From: Pseudomonadota bacterium
Lineage (GTDB): Bacteria > Pseudomonadota > Gammaproteobacteria > Burkholderiales > Burkholderiaceae_C
NCBI GenBank assembly: GCA_040389085.1
Contig: JAZKAP010000023.1
Coordinates: 7,556 to 39,555, forward strand
Reading direction: 5' to 3'
DNA: 32,000 nt
Position 1 is the stretch's first letter, and each line of letters opens with the position of its first letter. A model generated the notes under the pieces. The model ran no database searches and had not been told where the DNA came from. It was given only the letters and a program-made list of their open reading frames with translations. Position numbers and translations under genes: made by a program. Positions 14,762 to 24,046 of this stretch are shown here, one piece after another.

Positions 14762-16213
14762 ATGAAGCTTGCTTCCCCTGCAATGCATCTTGTAAGCCCG
14801 GGCGAGCCCGTCGAGCAGTCCGAAATAGACCGCATCTTCGCCGCGCAGCGTGAGACGGCCTTACGGCTTCGTCAATCAACCGCCGCGCAGCGGCTCGACA
14901 AGATTGACCGCCTGAAGCGGGCCGTCCTGGCGCGCCAGGCTGACATCCAGCGCGCCGGCGCCCTGGACTTCGGCAAACCAGCCGCCGAGGTCGATCTGAC
15001 CGAAATTCTGCCGGTCGTGGCCGAGGCCAACGACGCGCGTCGCCACCTGCGCCGCTGGATGAAGCCGAACAAGGTTTTCCCCACCCTGTTGATGTTTGGC
15101 ACGTCAAGCTACGTGCAGTGCGAGCCCAAGGGCCGCTGCCTGATCATCTCGCCCTGGAACTATCCCGTCAACCTGACCTTCGGCCCGTTGATCTCGGCCA
15201 TCGCCGCCGGCAACACGGCCATTCTCAAACCCTCGGAGATGACACCGCATCTGTCGGCGCTGATGGCGGAGATCGTGCGCGAGGTGTTTCCCGAAGACGA
15301 GGTGGCCCTGTTCCAGGGCGACGCTTCGGTCTCGCAGGCCCTGCTGGATCTGCCGTTCGATCACATCTTCTTTACCGGCTCACCAGCGATTGGGCGCGTG
15401 GTGATGGCCGCGGCGGCCAAGCACCTGACCAGCGTGACCCTGGAACTGGGCGGCAAGAGCCCGACCATCGTTGACGCCACGGCGGACCTGAAGGCGGCAG
15501 CGGCGAACCTGATGTGGTCCAAATGCACCAACAGCGGCCAGACCTGCATTGCGCCGGATCACGTCTACGTTCATGAGTCAGTCAAGGAGTCCTTTGTCCA
15601 GCACTGCCGGGAGGCCCTGGCCAAAGCCTATGGCGAGGGCGACGCCACGCGCGGCAGTCCGCACTTGGCTCGCATCGTCAACCATAGCCATACCCAGCGG
15701 ATCATCGGACTGCTCGACGACTCGCTGCGCAAGGGTGCCCGCGTGCTCGTCGGCGGACAGCACCAGGCCGATCAGAAGTTCGTGACACCCACCTTGATCG
15801 ACCAGGTCAGCCCAGATGCGAAGATCATGCAGGAAGAAATTTTCGGCCCGCTGCTGCCCGTTATCGCCTACCGCGATCTCGACGAAGTCATCGGCAAAAT
15901 CAACGCCCAACCCAAGCCGCTCGCGCTGTACATCTGGACCAAGAATGGAAAGGTCGCCGACAAGGTGCTGCGGGAAACGAGTTCTGGCGGCGCCTGCGTC
16001 AACCACAGCGTCGTGCAGTTCCTGCACGGCCGGTTGCCGTTCGGTGGTGTCAACAACTCCGGCCTGGGCAGCGCGCACGGGATTTACGGGTTCAATGCCT
16101 TCAGCCATGAGCGCGCGGTCGTCAAAACCTGGCTGTTGCTGGCCTCGACCTTCTACCCGCCCTACACCCATCTGTCGCGACGGCTGATCAACTGGACGCT
16201 GCGTCTGGTCTGA
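14762..16213 (+). CDS. NAD(P)+-dependent aldehyde dehydrogenase, class 3 / AlkH-like
   Basis: ORF 14720..16213 trimmed to ATG 14762 (AAGGAG SD at 14750-14755); 483 aa. Motifs are LELGGKSP (catalytic Glu), NSGQTCIAPDHVYV (catalytic Cys), PWNYPVNL and EEIFGPLLPV. Confidence 0.9.
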   Translation: MKLASPAMHLVSPGEPVEQSEIDRIFAAQRETALRLRQSTAAQRLDKIDRLKRAVLARQADIQRAGALDFGKPAAEVDLTEILPVVAEANDARRHLRRWMKPNKVFPTLLMFGTSSYVQCEPKGRCLIISPWNYPVNLTFGPLISAIAAGNTAILKPSEMTPHLSALMAEIVREVFPEDEVALFQGDASVSQALLDLPFDHIFFTGSPAIGRVVMAAAAKHLTSVTLELGGKSPTIVDATADLKAAAANLMWSKCTNSGQTCIAPDHVYVHESVKESFVQHCREALAKAYGEGDATRGSPHLARIVNHSHTQRIIGLLDDSLRKGARVLVGGQHQADQKFVTPTLIDQVSPDAKIMQEEIFGPLLPVIAYRDLDEVIGKINAQPKPLALYIWTKNGKVADKVLRETSSGGACVNHSVVQFLHGRLPFGGVNNSGLGSAHGIYGFNAFSHERAVVKTWLLLASTFYPPYTHLSRRLINWTLRLV

Positions 16214-16223
16214 TGGTCTCGGT

Positions 16224-16256
16224 TGCACCGAGCTAGCCTGGTGCATTTCTTTTTTC
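16224..16256 (+). terminator. Possible weak intrinsic terminator/attenuator between the aldehyde dehydrogenase and GMC oxidoreductase genes
   Basis: TGCACC (16224-16229) pairs with GGTGCA (16240-16245) across a 10-nt loop. It is followed by TTTCTTTTTTC (16246-16256). Confidence 0.35.
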
Positions 16257-16279
16257 TCTGAATCGCATAGGGACAAATC

Positions 16280-17878
16280 TTGAAATTCGATTACATCATC
16301 GTGGGCGCCGGTTCGGCCGGCTGTGTCTTGGCCAACCGATTGAGCGCGGATCCGTCTAACCGCGTGTGCCTGCTCGAAGCGGGGCGATCCGACGACTCAC
16401 CGCTGATCCGCACGCCCATGGGCCTCGTGGGCTTGCTCGCCACCCGCAAGTACAACTGGTATTTCGACACCGAACCACAAGCCGAACTCGAAGGTCGTCG
16501 CCTGTACTGGCCGCGGGGAAAAACAATCGGGGGCAGCAGCTCGATCAATGCCATGGTCTACATGCGCGGGCACCAGGCTGATTACGACGCATGGGCAGCA
16601 GCGGGAAACGCCGGATGGGCCTACAAGGATCTGCTGCCGATCTTTATGGAACATGAGAATAACGAGCGCGGTGTCTCGACCTACCACAGAACAAATGGAC
16701 CACTGAACGTCGCCGATGTGCGCTCGCCCAACCCGTTGTCGGGCCGCTTCATCGACGCCGCCGTGCAATGCGGCATTCCGCGCAACATGGACTTCAACGG
16801 AGCGCAACAGGAAGGTGCAGGGCCTCACCAGGTGACCCAGAAGAACGGGGAACGCTGGAGCAGCGCTCGGGCATTCCTGCACCCTGTCATGGACAGGTCG
16901 AATCTGACCGTGCTCACCGGCGCCCATGTCACGCGCATCCTGTTCTCTGGCAAACAGGCCGTGGGGGTCGAGATCGAGCGCAAAGGCGAACGCCAGCGCA
17001 TCGAGGCCGAGCGTGAAATCGTGTTGAGCGGCGGCGCCATCAATTCGCCGCAATTGCTGCTGCTGTCGGGCGTGGGATCCAAGCAGACGCTGGCACAGCA
17101 CGGCATCGCACAAGTGGCCGATTTGCCAGGCGTGGGCCAGAACCTGCAGGACCATCTCGACGTGACGGTGATGATCCGCGACCGCAGCAAGCAGGCTGTT
17201 GGCGTAGCACCCGGATTTCTACCGAGAGCGGTCGCCGGGCTCTGGCAATATTGGCGCAGGCGCGAAGGCTTCCTGTCCAGCAACGTGGCAGAGACAGGGG
17301 GCTTCGCCAGGCTCTCGCCGCAATCGGCGCTGCCGGAGGTGCAATTCCACTTCCTGCCAACCTACCTGCGCAACCACGGCCGTGACCTGGCCCCGGGCTA
17401 CGGCGCCACCTTGCACATGTGCCAGTTGCGCCCCCAAAGCCGTGGTTTCATCGGCCTCAAAAGCGCCGACCCGCTGGCCGCACCGATGATTCAGCCCAAC
17501 TACCTGAGCCATGCCGACGACTGGGACGAGATGCTGCGTGGCCTGAAACTTGCGCGACGCATCTTTGAGGCCAAGGCCTTCCACGACATCAATGGCGGCG
17601 AAGTGGCGCCGGGTGCCGGCGTGCGCAGCGACCAGGATCTGAAGGCCTACATCCGGCGCAGTGCGGAAACCATTTACCACCCGGTCGGCAGTTGCAAGAT
17701 GGGCAATGACGACATGGCCGTGGTCGATGCGCAGTTGCGGGTGCACGGGCTTTCGGGCCTGCGTGTCGCCGACGCATCGATCATGCCTACGGTTATCGGC
17801 GGCAACACCAATGCCCCTTGCATGGTGATCGGCGAGAAGTGTGCGCGGGCCATCCTGTCAAGCCACAAACTTCAGTAG
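16280..17878 (+). CDS. GMC-family FAD oxidoreductase (choline/alcohol dehydrogenase, AlkJ-like)
   Basis: TTG start at 16280 (AGGGA SD upstream). Motifs are MKFDYIIVGAGSAGCVLANRLSADPSNRVCLLEAG (Rossmann FAD motif), GKTIGGSSSINAMVYMRG, and C-terminal HPVGSCKMG...VADASIMPTVIGGNTNAP. Confidence 0.92.
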   Translation: MKFDYIIVGAGSAGCVLANRLSADPSNRVCLLEAGRSDDSPLIRTPMGLVGLLATRKYNWYFDTEPQAELEGRRLYWPRGKTIGGSSSINAMVYMRGHQADYDAWAAAGNAGWAYKDLLPIFMEHENNERGVSTYHRTNGPLNVADVRSPNPLSGRFIDAAVQCGIPRNMDFNGAQQEGAGPHQVTQKNGERWSSARAFLHPVMDRSNLTVLTGAHVTRILFSGKQAVGVEIERKGERQRIEAEREIVLSGGAINSPQLLLLSGVGSKQTLAQHGIAQVADLPGVGQNLQDHLDVTVMIRDRSKQAVGVAPGFLPRAVAGLWQYWRRREGFLSSNVAETGGFARLSPQSALPEVQFHFLPTYLRNHGRDLAPGYGATLHMCQLRPQSRGFIGLKSADPLAAPMIQPNYLSHADDWDEMLRGLKLARRIFEAKAFHDINGGEVAPGAGVRSDQDLKAYIRRSAETIYHPVGSCKMGNDDMAVVDAQLRVHGLSGLRVADASIMPTVIGGNTNAPCMVIGEKCARAILSSHKLQ

Positions 17879-17987
17879 ATTCATTCGCATAAAAGTCACC
17901 ACTCCGGAGAGGCGCTATGGCACCTCTCAACACGATACCCGGCCAGTGGCCGGATTTAGCCTTAACCAAAAAACCCAAGGAGACTTC

Positions 17988-19628
17988 ATGAATGGTCAAA
18001 TGATGAGCGCCCCCCTGCTCATTTCCTCACTCATCACCCATGCGGCGCGCCATAGCGGCGATGTGCCCATCGTCTCGCGCCGCGTCGAAGGTGACATCCA
18101 CCGCACCACCTATGCGCAATTGCATGACCGTTCGCGCCAGATGGCCCATGCGCTCGGCGGTCTCGGGGTGCAAGCGTCGCAGCGCGTCGCCACGCTGGCC
18201 TGGAACGGCTACCGTCACCTGGAGCTGTATTTCGCCGCCTCCGGCAGCGGTTCGGTGCTGCACACCCTCAACCCGCGCCTGCACCCGGACCAGTTGCTCT
18301 ACATCCTCGACCATGCCGAGGACCAGGTGCTGTTCTTTGACCTGACCTTCCTGCCCCTGGTCGAGGCCGTGGCGGGGCGCTGCAAGACGGTGCGTCACTT
18401 TGTCGCGATGATCGACAAGGACAAGATGCCGGCGAGCAAGCTGCCCAAGCTGCTGTGCTACGAAGACCTGATCTCGGCGCACAAGCCCGACTTTGCATGG
18501 CCCACCTTCGACGAGAACACTGCCTCGTCGCTGTGCTACACCTCGGGCACCACCGGCAACCCCAAGGGCGTGCTCTACAGCCATCGCTCGACGATGCTGC
18601 ACACCTATGCCTCGCTCATGCCGGACGCGATCTCCATCTCATCGCGCGACTGCGTGATGCCGGTGGTGCCGATGTTCCACGCCAATGCCTGGGGCCTGCC
18701 CTACAGTTGCGCGATGGTCGGCGCCAAGCTGGTGCTGCCGGGGTCGGCGCTGGACGGCAAATCGCTGCACGAACTGATCGCCGCCGAACAAGTGTCGTTT
18801 GCGGCCGGCGTGCCCACGATCTGGCTTGGCATGCTCCAGTATGCCGAACAAAACGCGCTCAGCCTCGCCCCCCTGAAGCGCACCATCATCGGTGGCTCGG
18901 CCGTGCCGCCAAGCATGATGCGGGCATTTGAAGATAACCATGGCATCGAAGTCATCCACGCCTGGGGCATGACGGAGATGTCGCCCCTGGGCACGGTCAG
19001 CCGGCTGAAGCAGAAACACCTGTCCATGCCACTGGACGAACAGCATGCGCTGCTCGCCAAGCAAGGCAAGGCCGTGTTCGGCGTGGACATGCGCATCGTC
19101 GATCCGCAGGGGGTCGATGTCCCCTGGGACGGCAAGACGCAAGGCGATCTGCTGGTGCGCGGACTGTGGGTGGTTCAGAGCTACTTTGGCGCTGATGGTG
19201 CCAAACCCCTGGTGAGTGACGCAGCAGGCGTGCCCTGGTTCCCCACCGGCGACGTGGCCATGATCGACGCCGACGGCTACATGCAAATCACTGATCGCAG
19301 CAAGGACGTGATCAAGTCCGGCGGCGAATGGATCGGTTCGATCGATCTGGAAAACGTCGCCATGGCGCACCCGGCGGTGGCGATGGCTGCCGCCATCGCC
19401 GTGCCGCACCCGAAATGGGATGAACGGCCCTTGCTCGTGGTGGTGCGCAAGCCGGGCGCGGAGGTCACCCGCGAAGCGCTGATTGAACACTACAAAGGCA
19501 AGGTCGCCTCCTGGTGGGTGCCTGACGACGTGGTGTTCGTCGAGGCCATCCCCATCGGCGCCACTGGCAAGATGCTGAAGAACCAGTTGCGTGAGCAGTT
19601 CAAGGACCACCGGCTGCCGGGGGTCTAA
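17988..19628 (+). CDS. Medium/long-chain fatty-acid--CoA ligase, AlkK-like
   Basis: ORF 17841..19628 trimmed to ATG 17988 (AAGGAG SD at 17977-17982); 546 aa. Motifs are [23 protein letters not shown]-loop [55 protein letters not shown] and [10 protein letters not shown]. Confidence 0.92.
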   Translation: MNGQMMSAPLLISSLITHAARHSGDVPIVSRRVEGDIHRTTYAQLHDRSRQMAHALGGLGVQASQRVATLAWNGYRHLELYFAASGSGSVLHTLNPRLHPDQLLYILDHAEDQVLFFDLTFLPLVEAVAGRCKTVRHFVAMIDKDKMPASKLPKLLCYEDLISAHKPDFAWPTFDENTASSLCYTSGTTGNPKGVLYSHRSTMLHTYASLMPDAISISSRDCVMPVVPMFHANAWGLPYSCAMVGAKLVLPGSALDGKSLHELIAAEQVSFAAGVPTIWLGMLQYAEQNALSLAPLKRTIIGGSAVPPSMMRAFEDNHGIEVIHAWGMTEMSPLGTVSRLKQKHLSMPLDEQHALLAKQGKAVFGVDMRIVDPQGVDVPWDGKTQGDLLVRGLWVVQSYFGADGAKPLVSDAAGVPWFPTGDVAMIDADGYMQITDRSKDVIKSGGEWIGSIDLENVAMAHPAVAMAAAIAVPHPKWDERPLLVVVRKPGAEVTREALIEHYKGKVASWWVPDDVVFVEAIPIGATGKMLKNQLREQFKDHRLPGV

Positions 19629-19632
19629 AAGA

Positions 19633-19665
19633 TTTGCGGTAAACATATTCAATGAATGCCGCAAA
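19633..19665. terminator. Interrupted hairpin between the convergent ligase and LuxR-type genes
   Basis: TTTGCGG (19633-19639) pairs with CCGCAAA (19659-19665), with an inner ATTC/GAAT stem. On the minus strand it is followed by TCTTTTA, so it is most plausibly the terminator of the regulator gene. Confidence 0.35.
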
Positions 19666-19676
19666 AGCAAGCCCCA

Positions 19677-22364
19677 TCAAACTAGCCAGGCCCGAGTGCG
19701 AGCTTCGCGCAAAGCACCCGTGCGATTTTTCACGCCCAGCTTCGCGTAGATGTTGTGAAGATGCCATTTCACCGTGCCCTCGGTCAACACAAGCCGACCC
19801 GCCACTTCGCCATTGGACAGGCCATCTGCCAGCAGGCGAAGGATCTGCAGTTCGCGCTCGGTTGGTCGCTCCTGGTCCGCGGGCGCCGCATCCTGACGTG
19901 CAGATGCAGCGCCCGCGGCAAGCAGCAGCGTTCGCGCGTATAAAAACGCCGGCGTGGGACTCTGCGGCTTGTCAGCCACGCGGCGCAAAAGGCTCTCCAA
20001 CTCGGGGCCTTCGTCAAGGTACAGGCGCACGTAGCCGTTCGATGCCGCGATGCGAAGGCTTTCCATCACCGCGTCGTGCCCACCCTCGGCATCTCCTGTT
20101 CGCACCAACGCCAGTGAGCGCAGCATCAACAACTCGGCCAGCTTGTGCTGCTGGTGGCTGCGTCGCGCCCTGGCGATGCCGGAATCGACCCATTGCAGAG
20201 CGAGATCGGGCCGCCCCTGCGCGAGATCGAGGCGGGCCCAGAGGCGCTCGGCCTTGTCTCTGTGCAGATTGGTCTGCGGCCCTTGCGGCAGCAACCCATT
20301 ATCGTTGGCCATTTGTCGCGCCGCCTCGACGTCGCCGGCGCGCAACAGCAGCAGCGCACGTTCGGCCACCATCGTGAGCTGCAGGCGCACGAAGCCGCGC
20401 GCCAGTCCCACGCGCTCGCCCTCCGCCGCCGCATCGAGCGCACCGGATATGTCGCCCCGCGCCGCCTGCAGACGTGACGCCGCCACGTAGCCCGCGACCA
20501 TCGCATCGACAATGCCCTGGTGCGGCAGCAGTGGCAGTGCCGCTTCCACTTCCACCATCGCGTCAGTGCACTGGTTGCGTTCATACAGCAGCAACGCGCG
20601 GATCGCGCGCAGCATGGCCGCCAGGCCCGCGGCGCCGGGAGCGAAAGCTGGCTCTTCGGCCAGCGCCGAGGCGCTGTCTGCCAGGGCATCACGATGCCGC
20701 CCCGCCTTGAGCAGCGAGGCGGCCGAGATCACCCGCACCCACATGTGGCCGTAAGGTGAAGGAGCCTCCTCGAACTTCACTTGCGCCTCGCGCAAGGACT
20801 GGGCAGCCTCGGCGAAGCGTCCATTGCATTTGTGCGCATAGGCCAGCACCGTTTGTGCGGCTCCATAGTGGAATGGGTCCGGATCGGGTGGCCCTGCCAG
20901 CCACCGGCGCACAAAGACCTCGGCATCGGCCTCGTTATCACGCAGGCCGGCGATCACGCCGCGCTGAAGGACGGTCGTATGCAGGATCAAGCGAACGCCG
21001 GCTGATTGTCCCTTGCCACAAGCCCGCTCAATGCGCGTCAGCCACGCTGCCGCCTCGGCATAGCGGCGCAAAAACACCAGCGCCCACACCGCTTGCAACA
21101 TCAGCGCGCAGTCTGGCTCCACGCCGCGTGATTCCAATTGCGCGAGCAGGTCCAGGAAGGTCTCGTGCCGGCCCTCGCCCTGCACCAGTTGACGCGCGTA
21201 GCCGGTCAGATAAGCCGACGCCAGCCTTGCGTCATCACCTTCCAGGGCCACGCGGATCGCACGGTAGACCTCGCCCCGGGCATGCCACCATTGCGCACAA
21301 CGCGTTCGCAGTATGCGCACAAACACAGGCCTCAGCCCCATGTCGGCCAATCGCGTCAGTGCGCGCTCCGCCACCAGCGCATGCAAGGCGTAGAACGGCT
21401 CGCCAGCCACGCGTCCCCGACGCTGCACGATGCCCAGTTGCTCGCCTTCGGCGATCGCCTCCGCCCCCTCGGGCGCATCGAGCGCGACCAGCAGCGGCAG
21501 CGTGAAGTCGCCAATGGCGGCCATCACGAACAGCGCCTGCCGTCGGGCCGGCGCGAGGCCCTTGAAGAAGCTCTCGTAAACGAAGCTGTCCATTAGCAAG
21601 TTACTGCTGCCCCCGGCGGCCTCCTGTACGCCCTCGCCGCTGGCGAGGGCAAGCTGTACCAATGCCGGCCAACCCTCGGTGATCCCGACGATATGCTCAA
21701 CCTCTTCGTCACCGGCCGACAGGCGGCGCCGCCGCACCAGTTCCCGCACATCCTGCGCGTCGAGCTTCAGCTCGTGCTGTGTCACCCAGCGTACCAGCCC
21801 GCGCGCGGTCAGCACGGCCAGATCGAAATCCATCCCTTCGCGGCCGCAAACGACGAACCTCAAGTAGTCGGGTGCCGCCACCAACAGACGGCTCAGGGTG
21901 TGAGCGCTCTCGCTGCCACGCAACACATGCACATCGTCGAAGAACAGCACCATGGGACGACGACGTTGGCCAAGGGCCTGCAACAACGCCAGCAAGCCGC
22001 TCTCGACCGCCGCCGTCGCGTCGATGGCACCCATCGCGACAGGCTCCGACGGACCTCCGACTGCATTCAACAAAGAGCGCACAAAGAACACCTGGTCGCG
22101 CCAGGAAGCGTCGAGCCCCACCCACACGGGGTCGGCGTCTTTGCAAGCGCGAAACCATCCTCCCATCAATGTCGTCTTGCCATAGCCGGCCGGCGCAACG
22201 ATGGCCACGATCCGATCACGCATGGACAAGGGCGCAATCGCCCGCCGCGCAACCGTGGCCGTCGTCAGGTCAGGGGGGCCCCCCTCGACTAACGCCTGGG
22301 AGGACGACGCAGCGAAATGGGGCCAGCGAAATCTCGCTTTGGGTTGGGTCATGCCTTCAGACAC
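19677..22364 (-). CDS. Large ATP-binding LuxR-family transcriptional regulator (MalT/AlkS-type, STAND ATPase plus C-terminal GerE HTH)
   Basis: 895 aa. Walker A is IVAPAGYGKTTLMGGW and Walker B is MVLFFDDVH, followed by a long helical-repeat middle. The C-terminal segment TERELQILRLLADGLSNGEVAGRLVLTEGTVKWHLHNIYAKLGVKNRTGA is a LuxR/GerE HTH. Start is ambiguous (GTG 22364 or ATG 22352). Confidence 0.88.
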   Translation of the reverse strand: MSEGMTQPKARFRWPHFAASSSQALVEGGPPDLTTATVARRAIAPLSMRDRIVAIVAPAGYGKTTLMGGWFRACKDADPVWVGLDASWRDQVFFVRSLLNAVGGPSEPVAMGAIDATAAVESGLLALLQALGQRRRPMVLFFDDVHVLRGSESAHTLSRLLVAAPDYLRFVVCGREGMDFDLAVLTARGLVRWVTQHELKLDAQDVRELVRRRRLSAGDEEVEHIVGITEGWPALVQLALASGEGVQEAAGGSSNLLMDSFVYESFFKGLAPARRQALFVMAAIGDFTLPLLVALDAPEGAEAIAEGEQLGIVQRRGRVAGEPFYALHALVAERALTRLADMGLRPVFVRILRTRCAQWWHARGEVYRAIRVALEGDDARLASAYLTGYARQLVQGEGRHETFLDLLAQLESRGVEPDCALMLQAVWALVFLRRYAEAAAWLTRIERACGKGQSAGVRLILHTTVLQRGVIAGLRDNEADAEVFVRRWLAGPPDPDPFHYGAAQTVLAYAHKCNGRFAEAAQSLREAQVKFEEAPSPYGHMWVRVISAASLLKAGRHRDALADSASALAEEPAFAPGAAGLAAMLRAIRALLLYERNQCTDAMVEVEAALPLLPHQGIVDAMVAGYVAASRLQAARGDISGALDAAAEGERVGLARGFVRLQLTMVAERALLLLRAGDVEAARQMANDNGLLPQGPQTNLHRDKAERLWARLDLAQGRPDLALQWVDSGIARARRSHQQHKLAELLMLRSLALVRTGDAEGGHDAVMESLRIAASNGYVRLYLDEGPELESLLRRVADKPQSPTPAFLYARTLLLAAGAASARQDAAPADQERPTERELQILRLLADGLSNGEVAGRLVLTEGTVKWHLHNIYAKLGVKNRTGALREARTRAWLV

Positions 22365-22389
22365 TCAGAAGGCGCACGAAGACGCTGTT

Positions 22390-22821
22390 TCACGCTTGAA
22401 GTCCGGCCGCCCGGAATCGCGGCAGCGACACACCGCCACCGACAGGCTCGCAAACCAGCTCGACCACCATGTCGAAGGTGACCGCCGAAGGGTCTGGACC
22501 GACGAAGGCGCTGATCATCCGCGGACCTTCTTCGAGTTCGACCAGCAGCACGGCATAGGGCGTGTCCTGTTTGAAGGCCGGGCCGGGCGCCCGGTGCACC
22601 ACGCTGAACGAATACACCTTGGCGCGACCGCTGGCGGCGCGGTGCTCAAGGCGCTCGCTACCGCACTCACGGCAGATCGCCTGCTGGTAGAGCTGCACAT
22701 GACCGCACGCAGGGCAGTGCTGCAGCAGCAGCTTGCCCTCCCGAATGCCACGCCAATAGGTTTGCGAATCCGCATCCGGTGTCGGCCGCGGCTTGAGGTG
22801 GGCGTCCTTCGGGTTGATCAC
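22390..22821 (-). CDS. DUF35 Zn-ribbon / OB-fold protein (thiolase-associated)
   Basis: 143 aa. Zn-ribbon is CPACGHVQLYQQAICRECGS, followed by an OB-fold-like VYSFSVVHRAPGPAFKQDTPYAVLLVELEEGPRM. The GTG start overlaps the thiolase-like stop (GTGA, 22818-22821). Confidence 0.82.
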   Translation of the reverse strand: MINPKDAHLKPRPTPDADSQTYWRGIREGKLLLQHCPACGHVQLYQQAICRECGSERLEHRAASGRAKVYSFSVVHRAPGPAFKQDTPYAVLLVELEEGPRMISAFVGPDPSAVTFDMVVELVCEPVGGGVSLPRFRAAGLQA

Positions 22822-24020
22822 AGTGTGGCCTCCGTTCCCAGGATGGTGGTGGCGTTGGTCGCAAAGCCCGCGCCCAGGCTGTGCACCAGGCCGAGTTCAG
22901 CGCCCGCGACCTGGCGTTCACCGCAGCTTCCGCGCAGTTGGTTGACGACCTCGTAGAAATGAAACAAGGAACCCGGCATGCCCGAGTGCGCAAACGACAG
23001 CAGGCCGCCATGGGTGTTGCAGGGAATCGCGCCGCCGTAGGTGATCTGCCCGTCCTCGACGAAGCGCCCACCCTCCCCCTTGGGGCAGAAGCCGAGGTCC
23101 TCCAGCATCATGATCACCGTGCCGGTGAAGCAGTCATAGACCCCGGCCAGGTCGATGTCCTTCGGCCCGCAGCCCGCCATGGCGTAGGCCCTGGCACTCG
23201 ACTGCACGGCGCCCGTGGTGGTCAGCGAGGGCATCAGGAAGATGTGCTCGTGCGTGTAGCATTCGCCGCCGCCCAGGATGTAGATCGGCTTGGCAATGCC
23301 CAGCGCCCTGGCGCGCTCGGCCGAGGTGACGATGAAAGCCGCGCCACCATCGGAGATGAGCGAGCAGTCGAGCTTGTGGTAAGGCGTTGTCACCCAGCCG
23401 GAATTCAGCACGTCATCAACACTCAACTGATCGGTCATCTGCGCGCCTGGCGTGCGCCGCGCATGGTCGCGGTGGATCACTGCGACCTTGGCGAACTGCT
23501 CGGAAGTAGTGCCGAATTCTTTCATGTGCCGGTGTGCGGTCATGGCGAAGGTGTTGGCCACGGGAATGCCGAAGGGCATTTCGTATTGCTGGTCCCGGCT
23601 TTCGGTCATGGAGCGCAGGGCCAGGTCGGGCGACAGGCCGGTCAGCAGGCTGTCGCCGCCCACCACCAGCACGGTCTCGGCCAGGCCGCCGGCAATGGCG
23701 GCGGCGGCGATGTTGAACATCGTCGCCGCCGTGGCGCCCGAGACCTGCAGAGTGTTGGAAAACGTGGGCTGTATGCCCAGGTACTCGCTGAAGGCCACGC
23801 TGAAGCGGTGGAACGGCGAGGCAAAGGCGGAGCTTGAGAGCACGCCATCGATCTGGTGCTTGCCGATGCCGGCGTCGGCCAGCGCCTTGCCTGCCGCGTC
23901 GGCGGCCAACGCGAGCGCGCTCTTGCCCGGCACGCGGCCAACTGCGGAAATGCCTGCGCCGATGATCGCGGTTTTACCCCGAAGCGTATGTGTCGAGGGG
24001 GCGGATTTGATGTTTGCCAT
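22818..24020 (-). CDS. SCP2-thiolase-like protein lacking the nucleophile Cys (possible aldolase-type or non-canonical thiolase)
   Basis: 400 aa. The C-terminal segment NTHGGLLSFAHSGMPGSLFHFYEVVNQLRGSCGERQV aligns with NPSGGL.SKGHP.GATG.....E...QLRG of SCP2 thiolases. The region equivalent to NNNC(S/V)(T/S)GS reads TLQVSGATAATMFNIAAAAIAGGLAETVLVVGGDS, so no Cys sits at the acyl-enzyme position. Confidence 0.8.
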   Translation of the reverse strand: MANIKSAPSTHTLRGKTAIIGAGISAVGRVPGKSALALAADAAGKALADAGIGKHQIDGVLSSSAFASPFHRFSVAFSEYLGIQPTFSNTLQVSGATAATMFNIAAAAIAGGLAETVLVVGGDSLLTGLSPDLALRSMTESRDQQYEMPFGIPVANTFAMTAHRHMKEFGTTSEQFAKVAVIHRDHARRTPGAQMTDQLSVDDVLNSGWVTTPYHKLDCSLISDGGAAFIVTSAERARALGIAKPIYILGGGECYTHEHIFLMPSLTTTGAVQSSARAYAMAGCGPKDIDLAGVYDCFTGTVIMMLEDLGFCPKGEGGRFVEDGQITYGGAIPCNTHGGLLSFAHSGMPGSLFHFYEVVNQLRGSCGERQVAGAELGLVHSLGAGFATNATTILGTEATL

Positions 24021-24046
24021 AACAGGGTTCAGGGGTTGGGGTTGGT

